Positions 25,301 to 38,643 of a DNA stretch of 64,000 bases are shown piece after piece (positions within the stretch are counted from its first letter, which is position 1; each line of letters opens with the position of its first letter). Under the pieces are notes generated by a model. That model was not told the origin of the DNA. It searched no databases and worked only from the letters and a program-made list of their open reading frames with translations. The DNA comes from Balanoglossus misakiensis (Eukaryota; Animalia; Hemichordata), in assembly GCA_040954595.2 (NCBI GenBank), contig CM082578.2, forward strand, positions 16,228,998 to 16,292,997. The letters run 5' to 3'. The translations under genes and the position numbers were made by a program.

Positions 25301-28300
25301 TCTGTTGGCTCTGTTGGCTGATCTCGGCTGCAAGGAATAAATCAGATTTGAGTTGATGAGTATGACGATTAACTCCAGCAAGTGGATCAGTGTAGATGAT
25401 AATTGAGTCTCATAATTTATACACATAATAATCATGTTTGTAGGTGTTAAAAATAAAAAAATAAATAAAGTGATGAGTGCTGGTACAGTACTGACCGAAG
25501 ACATATCCATATCCTTTGGCAAAGCATGCAAGAATGAAAATAAATCATGTGATAAATAATGATAAATGCGACGTTGGGATTTAACCATGCTACAGCTAAG
25601 GACATACAGAACATCAACATGCAAATGGTTTTCATAGATACCATGTACATAGTAATGGAGAGGGACATCTTGTGAGTGTGTGTGCGTGTAAGTCCTGAGA
25701 CCTACTCATTGTTAAAAAGTCAATTACAACATGCTGATTTGTTTACTCCCATTCAATGACACTATTTTCCCTATCATTATTACACCCATATGAAAACATG
25801 CCTTGTCTTTTGTGACATATATTTGAGATGTGAATATTCAACATCTAAAGTTTCATCAAAAGCTAGAAGGGTCAAAGGTGTTTTGCAGAGTGATACTGAC
25901 CAATGATAAATCCATCTCCTGTTGATTGGCATGCAGATATAAACGTAAAATGAAAAAAAAAGTGAGTGTCTGGTGGGAGGTTGCTATAATTAGTGAAAGT
26001 GACCCATGTAAAGCAGACAACAAAACAAGCATAAAAGTACAACGATGTCAATATTTTCTTTCAAAAAAGACTGGAACTGAAAAGGACTTATAACACTGAA
26101 GCAAACTTTTAAAACTTTTACTCTGGAGTTAACTGAATAATTCCTACCCTTTCAATTGGGATTGCTGAACCTGATGACCCAGAAGGCTCCCTAGCTGACA
26201 CAGCTTTTCTTTTGGCCACCGCGACCTTCACTCCGACCTTTCTGGGCTCCACTGCCGGTCTCGGTTGATCTGTCTTTGCTCTGGAAGAAACTCTCTTGGG
26301 CTCAACGGCATCCTTTTTGGAATTTTCCACTTTGGGCGCCAATGACTTAGGCTTTTCCACCATCGGCTGTTGTGGTCTGTTGCTTTTGGTTTTGGCTGCT
26401 GCTTCCCTTTCCTGCAGGGAATATAATGGTATTGGCACAACCATGAACAATTGAGACATGGGTATTCTATATTGTATCAAAATGACATCATTTAGTACTG
26501 CCAACTGACGGCTCCCAACATGAGGGCACAGTGGTCAAGGGAGTATGGCCATTTGCACTATAAACGTCAAAATTAACACAATCACCAGTGACTACCTTTG
26601 CTGTTGATACTTCAGGAATGGCTTCTAACTCTGGACTAATATCGAACTTCTCGTCTCCAGGCTGTGAAGGCTTGGCAATTTCCTTCTTTTGCTCAGGTGG
26701 CAACTCGTAGATATCTGACCTGGCTGAAGATGGTCTGGACCGGTCTCCACTGCCCGATGTAGGCCGCCTTTCTGTACTTGATGAACTCGGCCGTCTGGGT
26801 AAAGAAAAGAAATGACCATACAGCTGCAGGTTTTCAGTGGTGACTCATAATGCAGTTTGCAGATCAGCTATCCTATGTTCTTGACACCTACCTCTGTCTA
26901 GTGCCTTCTAAAAACATTGCAATGTGTTTCTTTATGTATGGATTTCTAAGGATTCTGGACACACTGGGTCTTTTCTCTGGAGTTTGGTGTAACATTGCCT
27001 TGATTAGATCTGTCAGGTCCTGGCTGTACTGCCTGGGCATTGCTGGCATCTGACGAAGAGAAGAAATCATAAAAGATTCAGTTCCTTTGAGGTATATGCT
27101 CTGTGTCTGCTCAAAACGACTGGATGACACAAAGTACCATTAAGGGACTGAATGTTCCATCTACAATAATCTGAGAACCTTCACAGTGCTTGAAGGAATA
27201 CAATCACCTCTCATATATTTGGAAGGCATATCAAAGTTGTCTATTCTGATCAAGAGGTGGCGCACGTGAGAATGCCATATAAACCAAGGTGCTGTGATTC
27301 GAACCGAACCACTTTTGGCTGCCTTACCTTTCCTCTAAGTATCTTGTAAACTAGTGAGTTCATATCTCTGGCGTTGAAGGCATGTTTCAATGTTGACATC
27401 TCATAAACACAGCAACCTAACGCCCACACATCCGACTGTAATAAAGTATGAAGAAAGATTAAACTTTGTAAATGTAATCATTGGGGTTGTAGGCTAAGAA
27501 CCAACACAAATCCAGTAGTTCTGTAACCTAGACTGATTATTAGACCATTAATACAGACAACATTTCTTCTTCAAATAAATGATTGTGATTCAGCCATGAG
27601 ATGTTTTTATGGAAACGACCCAGTGTTCTACAGTCTTAAAGGAGGTCGCTCACAACAAGGTGACAGGTGGGAACATGTTGGAATGTGTGAGGTCATGTCA
27701 GGTCAGCGGGTTGCAATATTGTGACATGGCTGGTTTATGTGGATCTATAAAAAGCAACTTATTTAATATATCATGCTAACCATAAGGAGAGAGAGTGGGA
27801 TTTTGTGACATAGCCCAAAGAGAACTCAGGGCTTCAAAATCACGATGTCTTACCTTGTGATTGTAAGGCTTGTTAGAAAACAATTCAGGACTCATGTAGT
27901 ACGGAGTGCCTATAAGTGTGGTGGCCATGTCGTTGTGACCGTCGAGGACCTTGGCAATGCCAAGGTCGCCTACTTTGATTATCTTACTCTTGGTCAGGAA
28001 AATATTCTGAGTTTTTAAGTCTCGGTGAAGAATGTTTCTTTCATGCATGTACTGAAATAAAAGAGAAAGATTGAAAATTAGTTTCAACACAAATGAAGTC
28101 ATACATGTTCTAACCGGGTACATGTTCTGCTCTGTTTCTTAGCTCTCTGTAGATGTTACAATTACTTTAGATCAATGCTAGACTCTCTTGGGTAATTCCT
28201 GCTGCATGAAGCATGTAATCTTACTTTCAGAAAACCAGGGCGAGACGCAGCTGAGGGTTATGTTGTATTTGTGTTTACCTGTAAAGCCATGGCTATTTGG

Positions 28301-30046
28301 ACAAACCATTCCACTATCTGCTTCTCTTCCAAAGGTTTAGCTTTCTGCTCTTTAAGTTTCGTGTACAAATCACCGCCATCACAGTAACCCATGGCAATGT
28401 AAAGGTAGCCATCATCAGTCTCAAAAGAGTCCTTGTAAGACACAATGTTTGGGTGTTTCAGTTTGGACAGCAGCTTGGCTTCCAGTTCGGCTGCTTTGCG
28501 TTCCCTCTTGGAGGCATTTGTTAATTCCATTTTTTTCAATACATACTGGAAGAGACAAAAGAAAAGTTCCATTGTCTATTGTGACCCGAGACAAAAAAAG
28601 TGCCTCTGCATGATTAACAGTAGGCATGCATTCTGATCTCTACGGAAATTTACTGATTTCATACCAAGTAATGTTGTCAGTATACATGGATGAGAGAGTG
28701 TTATAAATAAATTTCATATCTGTTATTAGCGACCTCCTTTATGACTGTCATTAATTCCAAAATAAGTTTGCTAATTAAATTGACAATATAATCCACATTA
28801 TAATATTTAGAACTAAATAAATTGACAATATCATCCCCATTATATTTATAAGTAATTAAATTGATACTAGTACCAGACACATTAGACCTAGAACAGTGCC
28901 ATCTCTGCATATATCTTTATTGATCTTATCATTTGGTAGACACAATTCCCTGGGTCATATCCTGCTTTGTTCAAAGGTATCAATCAGTTGCCATGACAAT
29001 GTGACCATAAGCTGTGGCTGGGTGGATTCTACTTCCGTGTGTGAGTCACATGATTTAGGTCAAAAATGTACAATGCTGCGTGCAGTACGCCTGCATTGAT
29101 TTACTGTTCAATATTAACCCAGACAATTGCTTTACATCCTGTAAAATTGGCCTTCCTTCTACCTGAACCTTTGCTTGCACACACTGACAGGCATTTATCT
29201 GTTTTAACTACTACACAAACATTGCTACCACATTTTTTGGAGATTGGCCAAATTACACCGCCATTCACTGTTGTCGTTCTGTTCCATTTCAAATTTTATT
29301 GTGCTTTGTTGTCAATGCCCAGCTTTTCAGCTCTGCGATAGAGACAAAAATGTTGCTGGTTTCCAAGGAAGGCTTCAAAATCATATAATCTATGACATTT
29401 TAATTGACACACTATATATATTATGATTTCATGAGTGTAGCAGCGGTTAGTTCTCCTGTTGCAGACAGCAGCAGAGGGCGTTTCGAGCAATTAGCGTCCC
29501 TAGATAAAAATTATTGTTGCGTTTATGTCGTCAAGTTAACGACAACAATATTATTCCCACGTATTAACTCGTTTGTTTGTTTGTTTTTGCGATAAAATCA
29601 ACAGTTTCTATTTTTATAGAGGGTGGTCCACGGGGAGAACGCCGGAAAATATTTTCGTCATGAAGTTCGGTATATGCCCCTTGATTACCACGCTTTAGAC
29701 ATCGTCTCTGTGTACATCATGTGTTTGTTTTGGAAATGGGGAATGACGTTTGGGCTGTATAGATGACAGAGACAAGTTTCTCCGTGTGACAAACAGCAAA
29801 TTCGTTTGAAATGGTCAATGTACATACATTTACCGAGAATGAATGGATATGTCTACACTAGAGTACTTTCTAATGCTGTATTTCATTGTATCATTTAGTG
29901 TGTTGGTTTGTAACGTCATATTGTTGACGGTTGACGATAATATCGCTTACCTGTTTCTTGTCTTTTTTGTGTTTCACAAGCCAGACTTCGCCGTAGCTTC
30001 CCTTCCCAACAACCCGAAGTTTTTCGTAATCAGTCATGGAAGTCAT
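22399..30046 (-). CDS. NEK4: NIMA-related serine/threonine kinase 4
   Basis: Exons 30046-29951, 28545-28279, 28051-27854, 27435-27328, 27049-26892, 26794-26596, 26411-26148, 25327-25136, 24848-24764, 23750-23626, 23483-23323, 23122-22872, 22727-22588, 22494-22399, plus candidate microexons 25513-25496 and 24227-24210. Kinase motifs [66 protein letters not shown]; NEK4-type C-terminus GRLMDRI...WQLKFCEE. Confidence 0.93.
24210..24227 (-). other. Candidate 18-nt frame-preserving microexon in NEK4 (phase 1, adds GDGISP)
   Basis: ttttttctcattcctgcatgtctctgctttgctggcttaag|GAGATGGAATATCCCCGG|gtcagtactg; lies between exons joined in phase 1 and has no stop in that frame. Confidence 0.6.
25496..25513 (-). 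other. Candidate 18-nt frame-preserving microexon in NEK4 (phase 0, adds DMDMSS)
   Basis: ttttcattcttgcatgctttgccaaag|GATATGGATATGTCTTCG|gtcagtactg; lies between exons joined in phase 0. Confidence 0.6.
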
Positions 30047-30636
30047 TTTTACAGGTCGATCGCGGCTGTTTAGAACGAAGAATGTTTTTGAGGAAAGCCC
30101 TCTCGATCTCCCAACACAACACCAGTGTTATTGATTTCCACACACCGATCGCAACGCCAGCTTCTGCAAACGCGTTTGATGCGTTTCGAGATGACCGTAA
30201 GAAAACACCGGCTAAGAGAGAAATCAAAATACTCTTCACATCTACAGAACCTTCATGCTATGCGATGAGCAATAAGCAATACATCGTATGACTCCTGCCA
30301 TGCAAAACAAATCGTCAGCTCATGGACACCATTGCTCCAGTCACCACGAAGAAATTCAATATGGCGGACTAATACAATAGGCCGCCCTCTATCAGAAATA
30401 ATCATTGCAACGTTTGTTTTTCCTGTCCGCAGTGGGCGGGGTTTTTATGACACAAGACCAGCGACAATGGTTGTGTTGAACTCAAAATTACAATTCACTC
30501 GCCCAATTTCCTTGCTATGCAATGCTACTAATCAATCAGCAAGATAAGAGTTCTGGCAAGAGCTGCACTAAATAAATAAAATGTGTCTAATAAAATAAAA
30601 GCTTATCTAGAAAGTCGTAACCCGCAGTGTCCTTAA

Positions 30637-31049
30637 GGATGTACGTTCAGTAAAATTGAAAGTATTGTCATTTTTTTTAATTGTGGATTTTTGGATTCTC
30701 CTTTGTATGTATGATGAAAATCTGTAATAAAATATAGGGGTCACCGCGCTTGTTTTTGAAATACAGAGCCATGAATTTCGTCGATAATAGAAGAAAACTG
30801 CTGACTCAGCATTTTTCACCAATGGTTTGTCTATGGGCAAAATTTTTCACGCAATTTATCTCAAAATAGAGCGCGGTGACCCCTATATTTTATTTGACCT
30901 ATGAATTTATATTTGCTGGACTGAGCTATGTGTAAAATTTCGTGAAAATGACAATAGTAGAAGTTTGTTTTCTAGCAATTTTCAATGTAATCCTATGGGA
31001 AAAAGACCGGGCGCGCACTGTTTCCGGTTTATGTTCTGCGCGTACATCC
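30637..31049. mobile_element. Kolobok-like MITE (TTAA TSD)
   Basis: ttaa|GGATGTACGTTCAG ... CTGCGCGTACATCC|ttaa (12/14 TIR); an internal long inverted pair aaaatataggggtcaccgcgct (~30729-30750) and agcgcggtgacccctatatttt (~30870-30891). Confidence 0.8.
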
Positions 31050-31440
31050 TTAATTGAAAAATAAAAGTGAATAAATTCGATAAATTCACAGGTTCTAACT
31101 TACATCTGATCATTTTGTAGCGAAAGACAAAATAGTTTCGAGGAATGACTAGACATTAAAAACACACATAGAAATAAACACCATTCAACTTGGGCAAGTC
31201 TATTTTTGCAGTATTCGATTGTTGAGCATTCTACTGGTGTATATTGAGGCAGTTTTTTTATAATTGTAATAATTATTTCATTGCCGTTGTATGTAGTATA
31301 CTTGGAATGCTCAGATTTGATTTGTACATCCACCAGACTTTCGTCTTACGTGTGACGACCAGTTTTCGAACCATTACTATGGCAACAAATGGTTAAGAAC
31401 CGGAACACCGTGTTGTAGTTTTCCGAACCATGTGTCAAGA

Positions 31441-33377
31441 TTAAATTGAGGTGATCATTTGGATTTTCTGATACGAAGCAATCCTTTCCCCCTGCTTCGA
31501 CTCTCTTTCGTAAAAATCTATCATATGCTTGGGTTGTTTGTGTCGTTTGATCAGAACGTAGAGGGCGATGTAGAACAGCAGAGCGATGACCGAGGCACCC
31601 CCACCAAGAGCGAGGATCGAATAGCGGATTGCTGAGTTATCGAAAGCCACGCAGTTCTCGTGTCTGTCACATTTTGTCGTCTGCCACACGACACAGGCAG
31701 AATTAAGGAGCGAACTAGCGATCAGCACTCCGGGAATATAACCTAGAAATAAAATCAACACAACAACAATTATGGGATGTGTTAAATGTTCTTTTCATGA
31801 TTTCATGGCCGCTAATTTATAATTCAACTTTCTGTTTTTGGGTATCATAGGTGATGTGAATGAGTGAGAGTCGAATCCGAAATTTGACTTACTGAATAAC
31901 CGGACAAAAATGAAGTGAAGTCCAAGAGCGAATGACTTGTCTCTGACATGGACACTCCTGCGAAGAAAAAAATTGTAAAGCCACGTTTATGCATCGGTAA
32001 TGCAGTCTGTCTGTCTGTCCGTCCGTCCGCCCGTCTGTTCGCATATTTTACCTGTCAATATGCCTATGTGTCTCAATATACATATCAGTCTGTCACAATG
32101 TCTACGTAACTATGTATGTACATGTACACATGTATTTACCTCATTACAATGGACATGTTAGGCACTCTGCTACCATGGCTTGCAAATGCAAAAATCGCCG
32201 CAAAAATGATGAATGCAGCTAAACTGCCATTGTTAACGGGATATTCGTCACAAGGGCCTTCCGTTGCCCAGAATACTGATATACCATGAGGCGGGATTGG
32301 CTTCATGTTTACGCAGGTGCAGTTTGTGTAAATCTGGAAGTTGGAGAAAAAAAAGAATAAAGCTAAATAAGTGTAAAGTAAAAAGTACACGAAATCTTTA
32401 TATATTCCACGAATCGCCGAGAGTTTAATTCATAACTGGTCGCTTCATATCCAAAATCACAGTTTAGCGATCTTTGACCAACTCTTGTACGTGTAGTAGT
32501 CAAGTACAAATACAGCGACAACTCCGGTCGTACATGTCAACCGTCGTTCATCTTACCTTTCCCCAGTCTGCGTTGATTTGCGAGCACCCGGCATGGCAAG
32601 GTGAAAAATAATTCATCTTGTCCGATCCGCAAACGGGATGAAAGCGTTCCGTGCTGCAACCACAGTTTGCGTTGCACCCCGACACCAGATCTCTGTTACT
32701 CCTGTTCGTGAGAGAATTGGATCCGTAAGTAGTCGCGGGTGAAAATATGACGGTGGGGGAGGTTGGGGGGGGGGGGCAGTTGTTGAATTATTCCTGTATA
32801 GTACTAGTATTATCTTGTGTACTTACATGGCCACCACGTGATCTGGAGCACTCAACGCGATTCCTTCGAAGGAGAATATCACCAGAAGGAAGGCGCCCAC
32901 AACGGCCGTTATCGAAAGAATAATGACCAGTCTGGAAACACCAACCAAAGACTGACGAAGCCGCTTCACTATTAGACCGGTGAAAATACAGGCCGGTACG
33001 GCAGGGAGAAGCCACACGCAAACTAGTAGGAAGAAAAAAAGTATCAGTATTTCTCATACGTGTCTTTGAAATTCACCCAAATTTTACTGTAAAGTAACGG
33101 TACTAATTAGACTTGAATAAGAATTATGTTTAACGATTTTCACGTACCCACGATAAAGTTGAGCAAAAGAGGACGAAAGACATCCTGTTTGTGTAAATAT
33201 TGCGCCAAGTAAAAGACAAATCCGACCGGTCGATCAATGGAGTATCCGAAAAGCGCCACCATTAGGACACTGTTGGTGAGGAGTCTACCTGTGGTTCTCC
33301 AGTATTCTTCCGAAAGAAACAGACGAAGAAATTAACAAATTTACATAAACGAAAGAACGACTGACTGACTGACTGAC

Positions 33378-33408
<31 letters not shown>

Positions 33409-35921
33409 GTGAGTGAGTGAGCCGAAACTGGAACTGTGTCATGTGAAAATTGAGTTTTGGCATGGCAATCGATCATTGGTAGAATGAATGAATGAACGAA
33501 AAAATGAATAAATGATTCATTCCTAGTAGATATTCACCACAGCCCCTTTCCCAGAATGGCCAAAAACCTGACTAACCTTTACTGACGTCAGACGAGTCAA
33601 CGACTGGCGACATCACCAGTTGAGATGTCTCCAAAGTTGATGGTGAGCTGTGTTTCGACAGCGTGCTTGGAAAGCAGAGAAGAGGTACTGCCGATAAAAC
33701 CACCAAGCCTGCCCCAATGGCAAGAACAAGCCACCAGGCACCAACCCAGCGGGGGTCGCTGGGATCCATGTCGATTTCAGACATGTCTAGTCGGTTGAAG
33801 TCAACGTAGAGTCTCAGTGACAACGCTCCCAGAACGTAACCAACGATAGGTGCGATTCCCCAGCAAGATTCCAACAAACCTGTAGTTTGTATAAATGAAA
33901 AAGAAATCTTGACTTTGGACTTAATCTAACAAAATATCACAAAAGTCTATGTATACCGTGTGGGTTGAATATTGGAATTCGCTTATCACCGTTGCTGGGT
34001 GTGGTGCTTACCTATGTACACAGGTGCGTTGTCACCGCCATGGTCATCGATGTAAGACGCCATCAACGTACTGACTGGCGCATAACCCATCCCACAAACC
34101 ACAGCGCCAGCTACCAGACACAGAAACGCAAAGCCGTCTTCTGGGATAACCTTCAGCTTTTCCTCGTCGCAATCATCTTCATCGCCGCTAATTATACGAT
34201 ACGGACTCTGCTCCTGGTTTGGGAAACTTCTCACACACAGATCACCGATTTCACTTTCGTGTCGCCCGCTGAACTTCTCAAGATCGGAGCGCGCCGGACT
34301 GTCGTAGTTGTATTTCATATCGAAGATCTGTGGCAGCAACATCGTTGCAAATCCGAGCGCTATGCACAACCCTCCGGCCGCTATCCAGGCCGGTCGACGA
34401 GCCGTCGGTCTTCCGCCGAAGTACGTCACGAATGGCAGCGCCACCACCGTCCCGATCAGTCCCATAAGGCCAATCAACCCCACGTGTAGAGACGTGAGGT
34501 CGTAGCGGACTTGAACACTACCCATCACGGCAAGCAGTGCCGATATCAGCAGTATTACGTTGAAGTTAAAGAAACAGGCAAAGGCGACAAAGAAACGTAT
34601 GTCCTGGAAATATGCACGTGTTGCAGTCTCTGGCGCGGGTTCACTGTCCGCCGCCGGTGATGGCTCTGTCTTCTCGTCGCCATCTTGAAAGGAGATGTCT
34701 TCAGTATAATGATACAGAAGATGTTTATCTGTGTCCAGATTCAGGTGGAGTGGAAACTTGGCTGGACCATCACCTTCTGTTTCTGATCAATTAGAAAGGA
34801 AATGTTTGGATATCGTGAATCGTATGGTGTTTTGGGGTTTCTTGGGATTAGTGAGAGTGTTTGTAGTGAATTAGAGAAGTTTCTTGGATACACGCGAAAG
34901 AAAGAAATGAGGGGATGTGGAACAGACCAGCACAGAATAGTACAGAACAGAACAGAACACACCACACCACACCACACCACACCACACCGCACCGCAGCAG
35001 AGCACAGCAGAGCACAACACAACACAACACAACGAAAGTACGGTCAGTCTCTCCGCCTTCATAATAAATGTCAGACCAGTTTATATCAAAGAATAACAAA
35101 ATCACATGCGAGAGCGATACTGTTTCGTTTGTTGACAGCTGATATTGCAGTGATATTTTAAGACGGTATCTTACAATATCTGTTTTCGGACTCTGTAGCC
35201 GTTTATAATTATGGTCATAACACACCCCGGAAGCCAATATAGGTCAGATAAGGAAAATCGGTAAATCTAACCAGGTTAACTGATAAAAACCGTTTATAAA
35301 ATATATGATGCAATCGCATTTATATGGCGACACGAAGCATGGGTCACGAAGCAGTCAACATAAACAACGAAAGTACACACACTTGCTCAAGCGTTTTGGC
35401 ATCAACACATGTATGTAGGTCGACGCTGAATGACCCACCATAATTCATATTTAACGATATCCGTCATGCTTTCGAAATATTCTGATATTTTTCCGGCAAG
35501 ACTTGGTGTCTTTTTCACTTGTCGATTATATTGGAGTATGTGGGAGTGTTTCGCGATGGTGACTGTATATAAGTGTTATCAAACAAGAGAGCAGGCGTGT
35601 GTGCATGTGTGTGTGGTGGGGCAGAGGGGGGGGCGTAATTGTATGGTGAACTTTGAAAAACATCCTTCGACACCAGCTATTTTGGTGAGTTCTGGCGCAA
35701 ATATGATTTTGTGGATATCGTATATCAGCATTTGTTGCATTTTGTCATGAAACATTATGGACAAAATATGGTATCGCGGACTGTTAGTCGATACACGTGA
35801 CAGCAATATGGGGCTATACAAAAACAATCGCGAGAAGTCAGTGAGAAACGATACACTCACCTAATGAGCTATTCTCCCAGAAATCAGCATCGTTATTGAA
35901 TGCTTGGTCGCTGTTCTCCAT
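31441..35921 (-). CDS. Organic anion transporting polypeptide (OATP/SLCO family), divergent
   Basis: Exons 35921-35861, 34776-34012, 33879-33577, 33306-33148, 33022-32827, 32701-32557, 32333-32140, 31957-31893, 31742-31441. Motifs VTYFGG...RPAWIAAG, SYIDD, DPSDPRWVGAWW (OATP signature), Kazal-like CNANCGCS...HPVCGSD..NYFSPCHAGC, RSV..RDKSFALG, C..W...C....NC..FD. Confidence 0.92.
33357..33420. repeat. Compound tetranucleotide microsatellite (GACT)n(GATT)n(GAGT)n
   Basis: Directly visible, inside an SLCO intron. Confidence 0.9.
34921..35032. repeat. Compound pentanucleotide microsatellite (CAGAA/CACCA/CAACA variants)
   Basis: Directly visible in SLCO intron 1; it explains the Cys/Val-rich spurious ORFs there. 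Confidence 0.9.
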
Positions 35922-38643
35922 ACTGTATGGGCACTGGTTATCTTGGAAACCGGAAAAAGTTGAATTCCCACTTAACGGAACCAATGTATGGCAATTAATG
36001 TGACGCACTCAAGAGGGCTGATGGACTTGGTTTCGGTCCACGCTGAGCACTAAAACATTGCGGGTATGCATATGACGTGGGAAGCGTGGCACGTGACTAA
36101 GTTGACTGGGCAAGTGAGATGTTTGTTATGATCTCGTGTCCCGACTTGAACTGTCACCCCTTTCAAGTTGCAATCTTTGACGACTATCTCTGCTTGATAA
36201 GATAGTTCATTTGAACTCATAGGCGGAAACACGAAATATGCCAGCGAGGTCAATAACACTAGGAATCAGACTGGAATACAGAAGTACATGTGCACTACCA
36301 CAACGCCACCACCAAAGGACTGGCAATACAATCAGGTTTCATATTACCTTTCATACTACGTTTTCTCCAATACATGCTGTATAGTGTATAGTCACATGTT
36401 TACACATACATGTGCATGCTATCTTGTAGAACGTTTTCGTTTACCTCGATTGTCGACTCAGATAAGATGAACCACCTGTTGATTCGTGAAGTCTTGTCCT
36501 GCATGATACGGCGTTTTTCCAAGCATGATAAAAACACTCCAGTTTAAATCGGTGACTATAATGCTGAGAAATGATGAAATATAATGAATATTAGAGAGCT
36601 GACATTATTATTGTTTTGAAATCCGTGTTTCGATTTGGCCGTAGAAGCTACCGGCGGAGAGGCACGTACCATGACTTTTTGACATGCGCCCTCTAACAGT
36701 ACAGCATCGACTGTTGATGCGGATTGAACCCCGGAAATCTGCCCAGAACAGGTTTGTGACCCGAAGGCGACGGACGACTAATGGGCACTGATGTGATTGA
36801 TCTGCAAACGGCTGCTTAGACGCCGCACTTTACTGGTCGGGCGCTCCGCATATTTTCATATCACACTTCGATTCATTCTTTCCAAAGGCAAGTCAGGGTC
36901 GTTGACTTGGAACAACACGTCGTGCAGCTTCAAGTAGCCGCGTTCAGGTATATTCACTGAATCTTTACTTTGCTCCTTTTTTCCCATGCGTAAGGTAAAT
37001 TGTTTTCAGTGAATTAAGCTTATTGCTGCGTTGGTGACAGTTTTCTATCCAATGATCGATGCAAATAGTTGCTTCAACAAAAAATCTATTACTTCTCCAT
37101 CCTTGTTTACATAGGTTTCAAGTGTGGCCACCTCCGAGTCAACGTTTGCATTACCCTAGTGGCTTAACCTCACGCGGAGATACAATACAGATTTATGGCA
37201 CAAATGGTATAATTAATTGTGATGGGCAATCTACGAATGTATTTGGTAGATTCACTCAGCGGCAAATCGAATTAGAGAGTACATTTACTTCCATAGTTAA
37301 TGGCATTTGTTTTGATCACATCGTCGTCACGCGTACACATTTAATATTCTGAGGCGTATTTGCTATTTAGGTTTTAAATATCGACAATATGTCAATTGTA
37401 CGCGATATTCTCCGTTGCGCGCAGTGCATACTCTATTCATGCTATTGAAGAGGATATGTTTGTAAACAAACGCGCCGTACGGTGTATTATTGTTCAATGA
37501 CATTCACGATTATTGTTTACGAGTTGGTTTCAAACCACCACGAACGCTTGCTAGTAATTTCACATCCGTTAATGACTTGGCTTCCGCAATCGGGTATGTG
37601 CTCTCTTAAAAAATAAGGCTGTCGCGGGTCGGTAATGCTTTCAAGGACGTGCTGTCCAGGTAAATAAATTGAAATCAGCGAGAAATTGCAGCCATATACA
37701 GGTAGAAACGCATGCCATTCTCTCCTTTGTCTCCGTTGGCAACCCTGTGGGATCGATCAATCTTGATTGGTTCATTGTTTTACTCGGCGGCGGTATCAGT
37801 TCGCGATGGCCCCGTTTCCATGGAAACGGACGGGAAAAAATGCGCCCAGCGTCTTTTCCCGGGATGTGAGCGTCCGCGTTTTTGAATGCATCGTACAAAG
37901 GAAGCGTGAAATGACTTCGAGAGGCACAAAACAGCATGACCAGAATTATCTAGCGTGGAATTTATCAACGTGTTATCGACGAAGTGATTTCCCGGGGAGG
38001 CCTCCGCTTTTCTCTGTAACTGTTAAACCTAATTACAGGAACAGTTCAGGCGTAGATAAATTCGCGGTAATCCAGCGCTGTAAGATGTTGAACCCGAAAC
38101 CTTGCATTCTCGCCACCCCGGCCGTTTCCATGACAAAAGACGCGTGATTTTCCTCACATAATGCTTCGAATTCATTTTGTTGAACCACTTGTGGGGCTCA
38201 GTGGAGAGTGTTTCATCTATAATGAGTTTGCAATGATCCAGGGCAAGATATCACACTAACCTAGCGATGCTTTTGTGATACATGACCAAAACAAACCATG
38301 TAAATACAGATCTACAAGAGGAACCGTCGGGGTTAATTCTATTATTACGTTAAAGAAAGCGTTCGTGTGCGAAACCAGAGTCTCAATCTACATGTATGTA
38401 CAAAGCGTTCAAAGCACAGGCTAAGGAATGAGTTGCATCTAAATTGATGTTGGATTTCAATCATGCATGCCGTGTGTGTTTCTTGTCTCAGCATCTGTTG
38501 CCATGTTCTGTCTGCGTGTCTGTCTGTCTGTCTGTCTGATTTCTTACATATATTGGCACAAGTGTCGACAACGAACAAACACTATAGACATGTCGTATGT
38601 GGTCTTGTCTTACAGGTCACTGCAAACAAGCTGAGAAACAGAC

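Noticed and set aside
33965-34505. Long plus-strand ORFs antisense to SLCO, and similar antisense ORFs over GNAT, NEK4, MCT and the adaptor genes
   Set aside because: Shadow ORFs of real coding exons with no domain signal.
34741-35237. Cys/Val-rich ORFs resembling small cysteine-rich proteins
   Set aside because: Products of the pentanucleotide microsatellite in the SLCO intron.
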